A stretch of DNA of 64,000 nucleotides from Candidatus Cloacimonadota bacterium (GCA_030600585.1 JAUVLU010000004.1:19016-83015), one strand, 5' to 3'. Numbered from the stretch's first letter, positions 9,801 to 18,437 are shown. Program-made: numbers and translations. The notes: generated by a model not told the origin, from the letters alone.

Positions 9801-10738
9801 TCGATTACGAATATTATCAGGCAGTTCAGAACAGGTTGATAGAACCGGCTGTATTTGATTATGATAATTGCTTTGATCCGGTTTATGAGCTTACTCCGGC
9901 GAATGCATATTATTTATATTGTTATGAAGATGATATTATTGTGAAATTTATTCCGTATTACTCAAATGAGTTTTCACCTGAGTATGAAATTAATTGGAAA
10001 GCAAAGATCAATGTGGAACAGGAAAACAGTGATCTGTCATCTGTAATTGTTGGAACCTCCAATTTTGCAGATTCGCTCTATAATGCAAATTACGATCTTC
10101 TTAAGCCAATAAATAAACCATTCGAGAGTATTATCACGTTCAGTATTCTAATGGAGATTGACGGGGTAATACGACCTAAGAAGCTGCATCAATCTATTAC
10201 ATCATCACAAGATGAAACACAAGAGTTTACATATTCTTGGAATGCAGAATTACAACTCGTTGATCTGCAACCATTATTTTTTGATGCTGAAAATTATGAG
10301 CTTCCTGAAAATTCCAGCATATATCTTGAAATGCCGGAAGGTTATTTGGAAATATTTGAAAATGAAATTGTGGAATACACTCCGGCTGACACACTTTTGG
10401 AGATCACAATTCTTATAACGGATCAAGAATACAGCGATGCGGATGATGAGGTTGTTCAAAATACATTCAAATTGCAGAACTATCCAAATCCATTTAATCC
10501 CGAAACAAATATACATTACAACATTCCAGAAGAAGGAAAAGTTGAATTGAGCATTTATAATATTAAGGGTCAAAAAGTTAAAACATTGGTAAATGAGACT
10601 CAACTAAGTGGGGAACACACTGTAGTTTGGAACGGAACAAATAAACAAAATAAACGTGTGGCATCGGGTGTTTACTTTTATAAATTAGAAATTAATGATT
10701 CCAAATTACTGATCAATAAAATGTTGTTGTTGAAATGA
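6836..10738 (+). CDS. large secreted protein with FN3-like domains and T9SS C-terminal sorting domain
   Basis: The ORF track starts at 6812. I prefer ATG 6836 (GGAG 7 nt upstream, signal-like MRKIDLVFIIMIITASLFS). The C-terminus LQNYPNPFNPETNIHYNIPEEGKVELSIYNIKGQKVKTLV...VVWNGTN...ASGVYFYKL is the type-A/FlgD-Ig-like T9SS sorting domain. Confidence 0.8.
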   Translation: MRKIDLVFIIMIITASLFSVIEETESLKNFLYAEASNCEYDNWMSHVTEGIADPGYNLYAPWDVQSEGFGDYVIPTEDDLLTWGLIIDEFLLGNLDEAQSMIDATSYPYEIVIFNDTDTDRTFYMLREIPNDSHYDDNQTEDPGDDEFGAFDYGWGLYIYYPEGEYPHIITAPHPNDDYITVPIAYKTFIDINSKFLLISGCGREVVWTNSGSYSNSKSLCDPSRKEEHVFNVSYQKFCDLIRDEFNRHEFSLQIHSYDWGSRHWGYPNVQISAGYYIGSPDLPIRDHSSMGNDIVNVSDPVVHPANSVGLHAPVYLNDFYGFHCSEYDFNFSNSDTTFAVNTDIDLWGYSTNRQIVYTNSGLSNYDNIERFLHLEMDELPNIYAQTVNNYHWFHGWDPATQTWDMEHRFDYSFAYYSSWIDALAEALPAVYEMNDNEIPVAPSELQVVTECADHIEIQWTSGDCFDMDTYKILYSTQPISSGGYSIKDKDNFGKLACLAQDSYTLGGLYPGAGYYFAICIQDKNGNESELSNEVFGTTGPAAIDDFISYGRDEYINLEWEASAAGAYSGFNIYRKTSESDFILLDSWIVNPELVGFQGENVPYFYIDSNVENGQIYTYKLGFEDNDIEYLFGEISSAVSQEIFEIYASQTTGTLSDTCYFGYNEFASDGYDTNFEIEADDSTAGEYFFCQFYEQYWSSSVPENYEQEIYGAYNTEEQLKSWIYRVRTNYLNTPIEIGIANPERNAERSYLYVNGQYTDLSTTTYTFTPTTSNYYSFTLYYGNLTPSLEFDDVPNQLLYPNEILDISWSVNMNSTIDHINVYAENDEITIPIELELLPTTSNVEWIIPQLLFEDLNCRIDLIMDEGDTLHYYSPYSFGIISPQNIVETYQGWDLMTKNFDTDQYSTEEIFGENVEFYEFINNEFNMVDEPVFLHPYWNYAPQNNYFTLDNATMQKTAYGTQLNLGWNIIPNPHKAHYDLDQLVFSVNNVDYEYYQAVQNRLIEPAVFDYDNCFDPVYELTPANAYYLYCYEDDIIVKFIPYYSNEFSPEYEINWKAKINVEQENSDLSSVIVGTSNFADSLYNANYDLLKPINKPFESIITFSILMEIDGVIRPKKLHQSITSSQDETQEFTYSWNAELQLVDLQPLFFDAENYELPENSSIYLEMPEGYLEIFENEIVEYTPADTLLEITILITDQEYSDADDEVVQNTFKLQNYPNPFNPETNIHYNIPEEGKVELSIYNIKGQKVKTLVNETQLSGEHTVVWNGTNKQNKRVASGVYFYKLEINDSKLLINKMLLLK

Positions 10739-10868
10739 TGATACAAAACCTTGCGAATTATGCTCTTGTATCCAAGCCCCAGCTTGGATACAAATAATCA
10801 ACGTGATGAGAAGATTTCCAAGCTGGGGTCCTGGAAACCAGAAAATTAAGGGACATTTGGCACTAATG
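10724..10868 (+). repeat. 145-bp 3-prime element, copy 1 (duplicated at 13817-13961)
   Basis: Begins in the last 5 codons of the T9SS gene and runs 130 bp past the stop. Aligns without indels to 13817-13961 (offset 3093) with about 6 mismatches. Contains the hairpin gtatccaagc-ccca-gcttggatac (10768-10791). Confidence 0.85.
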
Positions 10869-10888
10869 TAAATTATTTGGAGGTTTTT

Positions 10889-13831
10889 ATGAAGAAAACA
10901 TTTACTATGTCTTTTTTATTATTCATCACTTTTGTTAATGCAACTATTATCAATGTTCCAGCAGATCAACCAACAATCCAAGAAGGTATTAATGTTGCAG
11001 TTGATGCAGACACCGTTCTTGTACAACCTGGAACTTATATAGAAAATATCAACTACAATGGAAAAAATATTACGGTTGCTTCATTATTTCTCACTACTCA
11101 AGATACTTCATATATTTCTCAAACAATAATTGATGGTAATAACAATGAGCGAATTGTTTCTTTTACAAATGGAGAAACCGAAGAAGCAAAATTGATCGGA
11201 TTAACTATTAGAAATGGTTATGGTTATTATGTCAATCAACAAGACGCATGTGGAGTTGGTATTTATATTTTAAATAGCTCTCCTTCAATAGAAAATAATA
11301 TAATTGAGGATAATGATAGTTACTGGTATGTTAATGGGTGTGGGTTAGGAATTCAAAATTCATCAGCTAAGATCAAAAACAATATTATCAGGAACAATAA
11401 TGGTGGATACTTCGGTGGTGGAATATATGTTTATCAATCCGAAAATGTTGTAATAGAAAATAATGTAATTTATGATCATCATACGATTAGTGGATATGGT
11501 GTTGATTATGGAGCGGGAATTTGTATCAATCAATCAAGTGATATTTTAATTCAAAGTAATCTTTTATATAACAATGCGGTTGGATTTTCGGGTGGTGGGA
11601 TAGCTTGTAGAGACAATAGTTCCGTATGTTTGATAAACAATACAATTACAAAAAATCATTCGGGTGGAAGCGGATCTGGCATATATTGCACATCTCAAAC
11701 CTCTGAAGTTGAAATTCTTAATACTATTATCTGGAATAATCAGCCAAATACCAGTGCACAAGTATTTGGTGAAAATATTATAGTGAATTACTGTGATATC
11801 CAAAATGGTTATTCCGGGATTGGTAATATAAACAGCAATCCTCTTTTTGAAGAACCAGCCGCTGGTAATTTTTCTTTAACTCTTCAATCTCCCTGTATCA
11901 ATTCCGGTGATCCTGAGTATGAGCTTGATCCTGATGGAACAATCGCTGATATTGGTTTTCAATATTTTGATATGAGCGAATATGGTTCGATATCGGGTAC
12001 AGTCAGCCTTTCAGGTGGATACGGAAATGTAGAAAATACAGTTATAACATGTAATGGTTTCCAAACTAATCCCAATGAAGCTGGATACTATTTTTTCCAC
12101 TTAACTCCAGGATTTCATGACCTTACTGCATCATTAGAAGATTATGAGAGCATTGAGTTTAATAATATTGAGGTTCTCCAGGGTCAAACCACTTCTAATA
12201 TTAACTTCGATTTACAATACGTCGGTTCTAATGGGATTATTAATATTGCACAAGACGGTTCAGGTGATTTCATTACTATCCAGGAAGGGATCAATGCTGC
12301 AACTGGAGGAGATACGATTCTTGTTCATCCTGGCACATATTTTGAAAACGTTAATTTTTATGAAAAAAATCTCATTCTAGGTAGTCTGTTTCTTACAACT
12401 CAAGATAGTTCGTATATTGAAATGACCATTTTAGATGGAATGGACAACAATCACACTATAATGATAGAAAATAATTCTAACAATTTAACAAGAATTTGCG
12501 GATTTAAACTTTTAAACTCAAGTCATGATTACTATTGTATATTTGGTTTCAATGTTTCACTAAATATCAATAATAATATTATTACAAATACTGTTAAATC
12601 AGGTGTAAAAATCAATTTTTCTTCAATGTTGGAAATAAAAAACAACAAATTTTTGAATAATGGCAGTAAAGGTTTAATCATCTATTATGCAAATAATACA
12701 ATTTTAGAAGACAATGTTTTTGATGATAACAGTATTGGGATTAGTTCTAATAATTCTTATGCTATAATAAAAGATAATACTTTTTCCAATAATACTTGGG
12801 GAATTTCAGGAAATAGCACAGGAACAATTATAAAAAATAATTACTTCACAAATAATTTAGATGGAGTTAGTTGTCATGGTTTTTCTCCTACTATTAACTG
12901 CAATATTTTCTTAAACAATCAGAATGGTATTTATATCTCTAGCAGTTCAAATCCGTTAGTTGTCAATAACCTGATCGTTGAGAATGAGAATGATGGAATA
13001 ATTTGCTTAGGATCAACTTCACCAATAATTGTTAATAACACGATTGTTAATAACAATGAGGGGATATCTTGCCATTATAATTCCGGTTCACCTCAAATAA
13101 TAAATTGTATAATTTTTTTTAATGATTCAAGCTTTGATAGTTATTGGGATGAAACTACTACAACGATTTCTTATTGCTGCATTGAAGACAGTTTACCAGC
13201 TAATGCCATAAATGGAGGTGGAAACATTATTATTGATCCTGATTTTGTGGCTTATGATGATTTTCAATTATCGGAAAACAGTCCATGTATAGATACTGGA
13301 ACACCAGATACTACAGGATTGAATTTACCACCTTGGGATATAATCGGTAATCATCGTATCTGGGATGGAGATGGAAACGGAATTGCTATTATTGATATGG
13401 GAGCTTATGAATATGGTGCTCCACCTTATGTAGATATAGATGACAATGTAATTATTCAAACTTCTGAAATCTCTTTACATCAGAATTATCCAAATCCATT
13501 TAATCCAACAACAACTATTTGTTTTGAAACCACGAATTTATACAAATTTGCACAAATAGAGATTTATAATATCAAAGGGCAGAGAGTTAAAACTTTGTCT
13601 GTCACCCTGAGTCCCGAATCTTCGCTCGGGAAAGGGTCAGACAATAATTATATTAATATTCCCAGTCCTTCGGCTACGCTCAGGATGACACGAGCAGGGA
13701 GTAAATATTATTCAGTCATCTGGAACGGCACTAACCAAAATAATCAACCTGTTTCATCAGGAGTTTATTTATATAAGTTGAATGTGGATGGTAAAACTGA
13801 AGAAGTTAAAAAATGTTTGTTGTTGAAATGA
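10889..13831 (+). CDS. secreted right-handed beta-helix repeat protein with T9SS C-terminal sorting domain
   Basis: The ORF track starts at TTG 10877. ATG 10889 follows GGAGG and gives the signal peptide MKKTFTMSFLLFITFVNA. Two homologous modules (IINVPADQPTIQEGINVA...GTYIENI and IINIAQDGSGDFITIQEGINAA...GTYFENV) are followed by NN-rich beta-helix repeats. The C-terminal YPNPFNPTT...IYNIKGQRVKTL...WNGTN...SGVYLYKL domain is interrupted by a repeat (see 13600-13690). Confidence 0.8.
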   Translation: MKKTFTMSFLLFITFVNATIINVPADQPTIQEGINVAVDADTVLVQPGTYIENINYNGKNITVASLFLTTQDTSYISQTIIDGNNNERIVSFTNGETEEAKLIGLTIRNGYGYYVNQQDACGVGIYILNSSPSIENNIIEDNDSYWYVNGCGLGIQNSSAKIKNNIIRNNNGGYFGGGIYVYQSENVVIENNVIYDHHTISGYGVDYGAGICINQSSDILIQSNLLYNNAVGFSGGGIACRDNSSVCLINNTITKNHSGGSGSGIYCTSQTSEVEILNTIIWNNQPNTSAQVFGENIIVNYCDIQNGYSGIGNINSNPLFEEPAAGNFSLTLQSPCINSGDPEYELDPDGTIADIGFQYFDMSEYGSISGTVSLSGGYGNVENTVITCNGFQTNPNEAGYYFFHLTPGFHDLTASLEDYESIEFNNIEVLQGQTTSNINFDLQYVGSNGIINIAQDGSGDFITIQEGINAATGGDTILVHPGTYFENVNFYEKNLILGSLFLTTQDSSYIEMTILDGMDNNHTIMIENNSNNLTRICGFKLLNSSHDYYCIFGFNVSLNINNNIITNTVKSGVKINFSSMLEIKNNKFLNNGSKGLIIYYANNTILEDNVFDDNSIGISSNNSYAIIKDNTFSNNTWGISGNSTGTIIKNNYFTNNLDGVSCHGFSPTINCNIFLNNQNGIYISSSSNPLVVNNLIVENENDGIICLGSTSPIIVNNTIVNNNEGISCHYNSGSPQIINCIIFFNDSSFDSYWDETTTTISYCCIEDSLPANAINGGGNIIIDPDFVAYDDFQLSENSPCIDTGTPDTTGLNLPPWDIIGNHRIWDGDGNGIAIIDMGAYEYGAPPYVDIDDNVIIQTSEISLHQNYPNPFNPTTTICFETTNLYKFAQIEIYNIKGQRVKTLSVTLSPESSLGKGSDNNYINIPSPSATLRMTRAGSKYYSVIWNGTNQNNQPVSSGVYLYKLNVDGKTEEVKKCLLLK
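13600..13690 (+). mobile_element. MITE-like palindromic repeat inserted in frame inside the T9SS sorting domain
   Basis: Terminal inverted repeats tgtcaccctgag (13600-13611) / ctcaggatgaca (13679-13690), of the same family as 24411-24492, 3068 and 44443. It encodes SVTLSPESSLGKGSDNNYINIPSPSATLRMTRAG, at the position where the two sister sorting domains have only about 11 residues between KTL and VWNG. Confidence 0.7.
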
Positions 13832-13961
13832 TGATACAAAACCTTGCGAATTATGCTCTTGTATCCAAGCCCCAGCTTGGATACAAATAATCAACGTGAT
13901 GAGAAGGTTTCCAAGCTGGGGTCCTGGAAACCAGAATATTAGGGGACATTTTTCACTAATG
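13817..13961 (+). repeat. 145-bp 3-prime element, copy 2
   Basis: See 10724-10868. Same hairpin at 13861-13884. Confidence 0.85.
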
Positions 13962-14007
13962 AAAATAAATTGGAAATAAAAGGAATTCTGAAACAACATG
14001 GGAAAAT

Positions 14008-14697
14008 ATGAAATATAAATTAGTATTATTCGATGCTGATGGAACGCTCTTTGATTTTGATACAGCAGAAAAGCAAGCATTTGAGAAAACATTTAAGCAA
14101 TTTGGAATCACAGAAAATCTAAAGCAATTACACAAAGAATATGAAATTATCAATATGGCTATCTGGCGTGACTTTGAGCAGAAAAAAATAACTTCCGAAA
14201 AACTACGGGTAGAGCGTTTCCGAATATTTTTTGATAAAGAAAATTTGCAGCTTGATCCCAAAGTTATCAGCCCAATCTATCTGAAATATCTTTCGGAAGG
14301 GACTCATCTTTTACCGGGGGCAAAAGAAATAGTCAGCTTCCTATTTGGAAAATGTGAACTTGCGCTTGCCACAAATGGTATTGCCGATGTTCAAAATCCC
14401 AGATTTGCAGGTTCGGATCTGGCAAAATATTTCCGGCATATATTTATTTCTGAAGAGATTGGACATCCAAAACCGGACCCCAAATTTTTTGAACATGTAT
14501 TCATGAAACTCACTCATAAAGAGTCTGCGATAATTATTGGGGATAATTTAAGTTCAGATATTAAGGGTGGAAATAATTTTGGAATTGACACATGTTGGTT
14601 CAATCCAAATAAACGTCACAATAAAAGTGGGATAGTTCCTACTTATGAAATTAGTGATCTAAGAGAGATAAAAAAAATATTAAATAAAGGAGATTGA
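14008..14697 (+). CDS. HAD-superfamily hydrolase, YjjG-like nucleotidase subfamily
   Basis: 229 aa. Motif I LFDADGTLFDFD and the C-terminal GDNLSSDIKGG motif resemble the YjjG/noncanonical pyrimidine nucleotidase group. Confidence 0.7.
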   Translation: MKYKLVLFDADGTLFDFDTAEKQAFEKTFKQFGITENLKQLHKEYEIINMAIWRDFEQKKITSEKLRVERFRIFFDKENLQLDPKVISPIYLKYLSEGTHLLPGAKEIVSFLFGKCELALATNGIADVQNPRFAGSDLAKYFRHIFISEEIGHPKPDPKFFEHVFMKLTHKESAIIIGDNLSSDIKGGNNFGIDTCWFNPNKRHNKSGIVPTYEISDLREIKKILNKGD

Positions 14698-15599
14698 AGA
14701 TGAAATTTATTAAGATAATTTTACTTTTTATTGTCTTGTTTGTATTTGGTTGTGCTCCACAGGCAGAGCTTGGAACCAAAAAGAATCCGATCAAAATGTA
14801 TTTTGTTCCTTCTATGGAAGCGGGAAAGATTGTTACCAGTGGCAAGGAAGTAGCCGATTATATTACTCAAAAAACAGGATATTATTTCAAAGTTGCTGTT
14901 CCCACCAGCTATGCTTCTGTGATCGAAGCAATGGGAACGGAAGAAACCGATATTGCCTGGCTGGCTACTTTTGCTTACATCTTGGCTAGCGAAAAATTCG
15001 GAGCTGAAGTAGCTTTAACAGCGGTTCGTAAAGGGCTGGATAAATATAAAGGTCAGTTTATTGCTCAAACAAATAGTGGAATTAACAGTTTAGAGGATAT
15101 CGATGGGAAAATTATTGCTTATACAGATGCTGCTTCTACTTCCGGTTTTATGTATCCGTCTGCCTTGCTTGCAAGAAAAGGTATTAAGCCGGAAAAATAC
15201 TTCTTTGCCGGAGGTCATCCGCAGTCCATTTTGACTGTATATGATGGTAAAGCAGATGTAGGCTGCACTTTCTGGGCTCCGGAAGGTGAAGAAGGTCCTC
15301 GTGATGCACGTCGGGCTGTGATAGAAACTTATCCTGATGTGATGGAAAAGATCAAGATAATTGGTTATACAGATTGGATACCTAATGATACGGTTACATT
15401 TCGCAAGGATTTTCCAAAAGATATGAAGGAAAAAATTGTGGATGCATTATTGGAATATGCCAATACTGAGGAAGGTCATGCAACTTTAGTGAAATTATTG
15501 GATATAGACAATTTTGTACGTTCAACCGATGCTGATTACGATGTAGTACGTCAAACCTTAAAAGCTATCGGCAGAGATGCTTCTGATTTGGTAAAATAA
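14694..15599 (+). CDS. phnD: phosphate/phosphite/phosphonate ABC transporter substrate-binding protein
   Basis: 301 aa with a lipoprotein signal (LFVFGCAP). PhnD-like body (IKMYFVPS, DIAWL, YTDAASTSGFMYP). Followed by phnC and phnE. Confidence 0.8.
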   Translation: MKMKFIKIILLFIVLFVFGCAPQAELGTKKNPIKMYFVPSMEAGKIVTSGKEVADYITQKTGYYFKVAVPTSYASVIEAMGTEETDIAWLATFAYILASEKFGAEVALTAVRKGLDKYKGQFIAQTNSGINSLEDIDGKIIAYTDAASTSGFMYPSALLARKGIKPEKYFFAGGHPQSILTVYDGKADVGCTFWAPEGEEGPRDARRAVIETYPDVMEKIKIIGYTDWIPNDTVTFRKDFPKDMKEKIVDALLEYANTEEGHATLVKLLDIDNFVRSTDADYDVVRQTLKAIGRDASDLVK

Positions 15600-15602
15600 T
15601 TG

Positions 15603-15730
15603 CTGTCTTTCTGAGGTCTCTAATAGCTTTACACTCGAAGAATCTCATGGAATATCTTTCAGCTTTTCATCTTGTGTAAAAAAATGAGATCTTTCCAAAG
15701 ATCAACGAGCAAGAAACGTCAGGAAGACAG
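15603..15730. mobile_element. 128-bp MITE-like element between phnD and phnC
   Basis: Terminal inverted repeats ctgtctttctgagg (15603-15616) / cgtcaggaagacag (15717-15730), 12/14 complementary. The interior (cgaagaatctcatggaa...cagctttt) matches the copy at 44601-44700 and partly the one at 5776-5815. Confidence 0.7.
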
Positions 15731-15743
15731 AAAAGGAAAAAAT

Positions 15744-16511
15744 ATGAAAAGTATAATCGAATTAAAAAACCTGCACAAAGTCTATGCAACCGGAACACAC
15801 GCTCTCAAAGGCATCGATCTGGAAGTAAAGGAAGGTGAATTCTGTATTCTACTGGGTCTTTCCGGTTCAGGAAAATCTACCTTACTTCGTTGTTTGAACC
15901 GCCTTATCGAGCCTACATCCGGCGAAATTCATATCGATGGAGAAGATGTTATTGCAGCCAAAGGACAAAAACTTCGTTTCATCCGCCGTAAGATCGCGAT
16001 GATCTTCCAGCAATTTAATCTGATAAAAAACTTAAGTTCGCTTACTAATGTTCTAACAGGCAAGCTCGGATATTCTACGCTTATTCATTCTCTCACTTTT
16101 CCTCAACATAAAAATGATGTGAAAATTGCTCTGGAGAATTTAAGGCGGGTTGGACTGAAAGAGTTTGCCAATAAGAAAACCAGAAATTTGAGTGGTGGAC
16201 AGCAGCAGCGTGTTGCCATTGCACGTGCCCTGATGCAGGATCCTAAAATTATTTTAGCCGATGAACCTGTTGCCAGTCTTGATCCTGCTACCGCAGATTC
16301 CGTGATGCGATACCTGGGAGAATTGAATAAAAAAGATAACATGACCGTGATCTGTTCTCTTCACTTTCTTAGTCTTGCCAGGAAATACGGCACGCGAGTT
16401 GTTGCTTTAAAAGATGGTAAAATAGTATTCGACGGCACTCCTGAAGAAATCGATGAGAAGAAATTCAAGGAGATTTACGGCGAAGATGCAGAGGAGGTTG
16501 AAATAAGATGA
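15744..16511 (+). CDS. phnC: phosphonate ABC transporter ATP-binding protein
   Basis: Walker [10 protein letters not shown], signature [15 protein letters not shown] and Walker B ILADEP. I prefer ATG 15744 ([14 protein letters not shown]) over the track start 15672, which reads through the MITE. Confidence 0.85.
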   Translation: MKSIIELKNLHKVYATGTHALKGIDLEVKEGEFCILLGLSGSGKSTLLRCLNRLIEPTSGEIHIDGEDVIAAKGQKLRFIRRKIAMIFQQFNLIKNLSSLTNVLTGKLGYSTLIHSLTFPQHKNDVKIALENLRRVGLKEFANKKTRNLSGGQQQRVAIARALMQDPKIILADEPVASLDPATADSVMRYLGELNKKDNMTVICSLHFLSLARKYGTRVVALKDGKIVFDGTPEEIDEKKFKEIYGEDAEEVEIR

Positions 16512-17515
16512 AAAAAGAAAATAAAATTAAATCAATAATTCAGGCAATACTTACCGACCTGCTGTTCTGGATATATATTTTTGGATGTATTTCCTTTCTG
16601 ATAAATCATTGGTTTGAAAAAACTATTCCAAGCAATTTTGTAGTAATATTTGGTATTGCAGTAGGATTAATAACTTTTATTCTGGGTCTGTCAGTTGGCA
16701 GGAAAGTGTTTTTTCCCACTATTAGAACCGATAAAAAATGGCACAAATCTTTCTGGGGTTGGTCGGTCTTTTTTATACTACTCATCACATTTGTAGTTGG
16801 TTGGAATCTGGTAGAAGTTGACCTTTATAAACTATTTACTAAATTCCGGAATGCAGGCGGCATTCTGAGTGGGATTTTTGATCCGAACCTGAATATTCTT
16901 ACTCTGTGTCTTACAGCTTTGGCAGAAACTATTTACCTGGCACTGCTTGCTACGGTTTTTGCTATTCCGCTTGCTTTTTCATTAAGCTTTTTCGCTGCCC
17001 GCAATTTGATGCCGCGAACATTTATAGGAAATACTGTTTATATAATTGTGCGAACTATTGCTACTATTTTTCGTTCTATTGAAGCAATTGTATGGGCTAT
17101 AATTTTCAGTGTATGGGTTGGAATTGGTCCCTTTGCCGGTATGCTGGCACTTATGATCCATTCGGTTGCATCTCTCACCAAGCTCTATTCCGAACAGATC
17201 GAAAATATCGATCCCGGTCCGGTGGAAGCAATCAAAGCAACCGGTGCGAGTACACTTCAAACCTGGTTATTTGCAGTAGTACCCCAGATAATTTCGCCGT
17301 ATTTGGCTTTCACGATCTACCGTTGGGATATAAATGTGCGTATGGCGACTATTGTCGGTTTTGTTGGTGGTGGTGGTATCGGGCTTCTTCTTCTTCAACA
17401 GCAGCAACTTCTACGCTGGCAGAATGTAGGGGTCATTATCTGGTTGATAGCTATCGTTGTTTGGACAATGGATATGGTGAGTGCGAAAGTACGGGAGAAA
17501 TTGCAAGAAATGTAA
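16508..17515 (+). CDS. phnE: phosphonate ABC transporter permease
   Basis: 335 aa, multi-TM. PhnE-like EAIKATGAS...QTWLFAVVPQI motif. ATGA overlap with the phnC stop. Confidence 0.8.
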   Translation: MKKENKIKSIIQAILTDLLFWIYIFGCISFLINHWFEKTIPSNFVVIFGIAVGLITFILGLSVGRKVFFPTIRTDKKWHKSFWGWSVFFILLITFVVGWNLVEVDLYKLFTKFRNAGGILSGIFDPNLNILTLCLTALAETIYLALLATVFAIPLAFSLSFFAARNLMPRTFIGNTVYIIVRTIATIFRSIEAIVWAIIFSVWVGIGPFAGMLALMIHSVASLTKLYSEQIENIDPGPVEAIKATGASTLQTWLFAVVPQIISPYLAFTIYRWDINVRMATIVGFVGGGGIGLLLLQQQQLLRWQNVGVIIWLIAIVVWTMDMVSAKVREKLQEM

Positions 17516-17528
17516 GAAAAAGATAAAA

Positions 17529-17690
17529 GCAGAAATCAGAAATCAGAAATCAGAAAGCAGAAATCAAAAATCAGAAATTAGAAAGCAGAAATCAAAAATC
17601 AGAAATTAGAAAGCAGAAATCAAAAATCAGAAATTAGAAAGCAGAAATTAAAAATCAGAAATTAGAAAGCAGAAATTAGAAAGCAGAAAG
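17529..17690. repeat. tandem repeat: 7-nt cagaaat-type units organised in about 5.5 copies of a 28-bp higher-order unit
   Basis: gcagaaatcaaaaatcagaaattagaaa repeats head to tail starting 14 nt after the phnE stop. No spacers are present. Confidence 0.9.
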
Positions 17691-17777
17691 AATAAAGACC
17701 ATCCGCCTTCATTTCATTACGGCGGACAAGATGGAAAAAACTTAGTGGAGTTTAGTGTTTTTAGCGGCTAATAAAAT

Positions 17778-18437
17778 ATGAAATATAAAGCAGTAATTTT
17801 TGATCTGGATGGAACTCTTATCGATTCGATGGGTATTTGGATACAAATCGATAAAGAATATCTGGAAATGCGCAATATTCCTGTACCTGATGATCTTTTT
17901 AAGGATGTGACAACAGGTAATAGTTTTAAAGAGATATGCCGGTATTTCAAAGATAAATTTGATCTGCCGGATTCTGTTGAAGAGATCGGAGCAGAATGGA
18001 CCAACATGGTGGAAGAACATTATAAAACCGATGTTAAACTAAAACCCGGTGCACATGAACTTCTGAAATTTCTGGAAGAGAATAATATTAAGATGGGTTT
18101 GGGAACGAGTAATTCCAAACATCTCGCAGAAACTGTGCTCAAGGCGAATAATGTTCTGGAAAAATTTAATTCGATAGTTACAGGATGCGAAGATATTAAT
18201 GGTAAACCATTTCCGGATATTTTCTTGAAAGTTGCAGAAGAATTAGATGAAGCTCCGCAAGACTGTCTGGTCATTGAAGATGTTTTAATTGGTGTGCAGG
18301 CTGCTAAGCAGGCGGGAATGGATGTATTCGGCATCTACGATGAACACGCTGCCCATGAAACAGAAAAGATTAAACAAACAGCAGATTTTTACGCTGAAGA
18401 ATTTAGTGAGATATTAGAAAAATTGAATAAGATTTAG
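17778..18437 (+). CDS. HAD-IA family hydrolase (beta-phosphoglucomutase-like)
   Basis: 219 aa. Motif I IFDLDGTLIDS, GLGTSNS and IEDVLIGVQAAKQAGM motifs. Confidence 0.7.
   Translation: MKYKAVIFDLDGTLIDSMGIWIQIDKEYLEMRNIPVPDDLFKDVTTGNSFKEICRYFKDKFDLPDSVEEIGAEWTNMVEEHYKTDVKLKPGAHELLKFLEENNIKMGLGTSNSKHLAETVLKANNVLEKFNSIVTGCEDINGKPFPDIFLKVAEELDEAPQDCLVIEDVLIGVQAAKQAGMDVFGIYDEHAAHETEKIKQTADFYAEEFSEILEKLNKI

Noticed and set aside
15672-15743. Longer phnC starting at 15672 (MCKKMRSFQRSTSKKRQEDRKGKN...)
   Set aside because: The extension is encoded by the MITE-like element and is not part of any ABC ATPase fold. ATG 15744 gives the normal N-terminus, 13 nt after the right terminal repeat.
17529-17690. 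Possible CRISPR array, because of the regular repeats
   Set aside because: The period is only 28 bp (7-nt sub-units) and the repeats run head to tail with no unique spacers. No cas genes are nearby. It is a simple tandem satellite.
14008-18437. Phosphonate degradation locus (HAD hydrolases flanking phnDCE as a possible PhnX-type phosphonatase pathway)
   Set aside because: No phnGHIJKLM C-P lyase genes, phnW or phnA are present. The HAD proteins carry generic nucleotidase or beta-PGM-like motifs, not the PhnX pattern. Only transport can be claimed.
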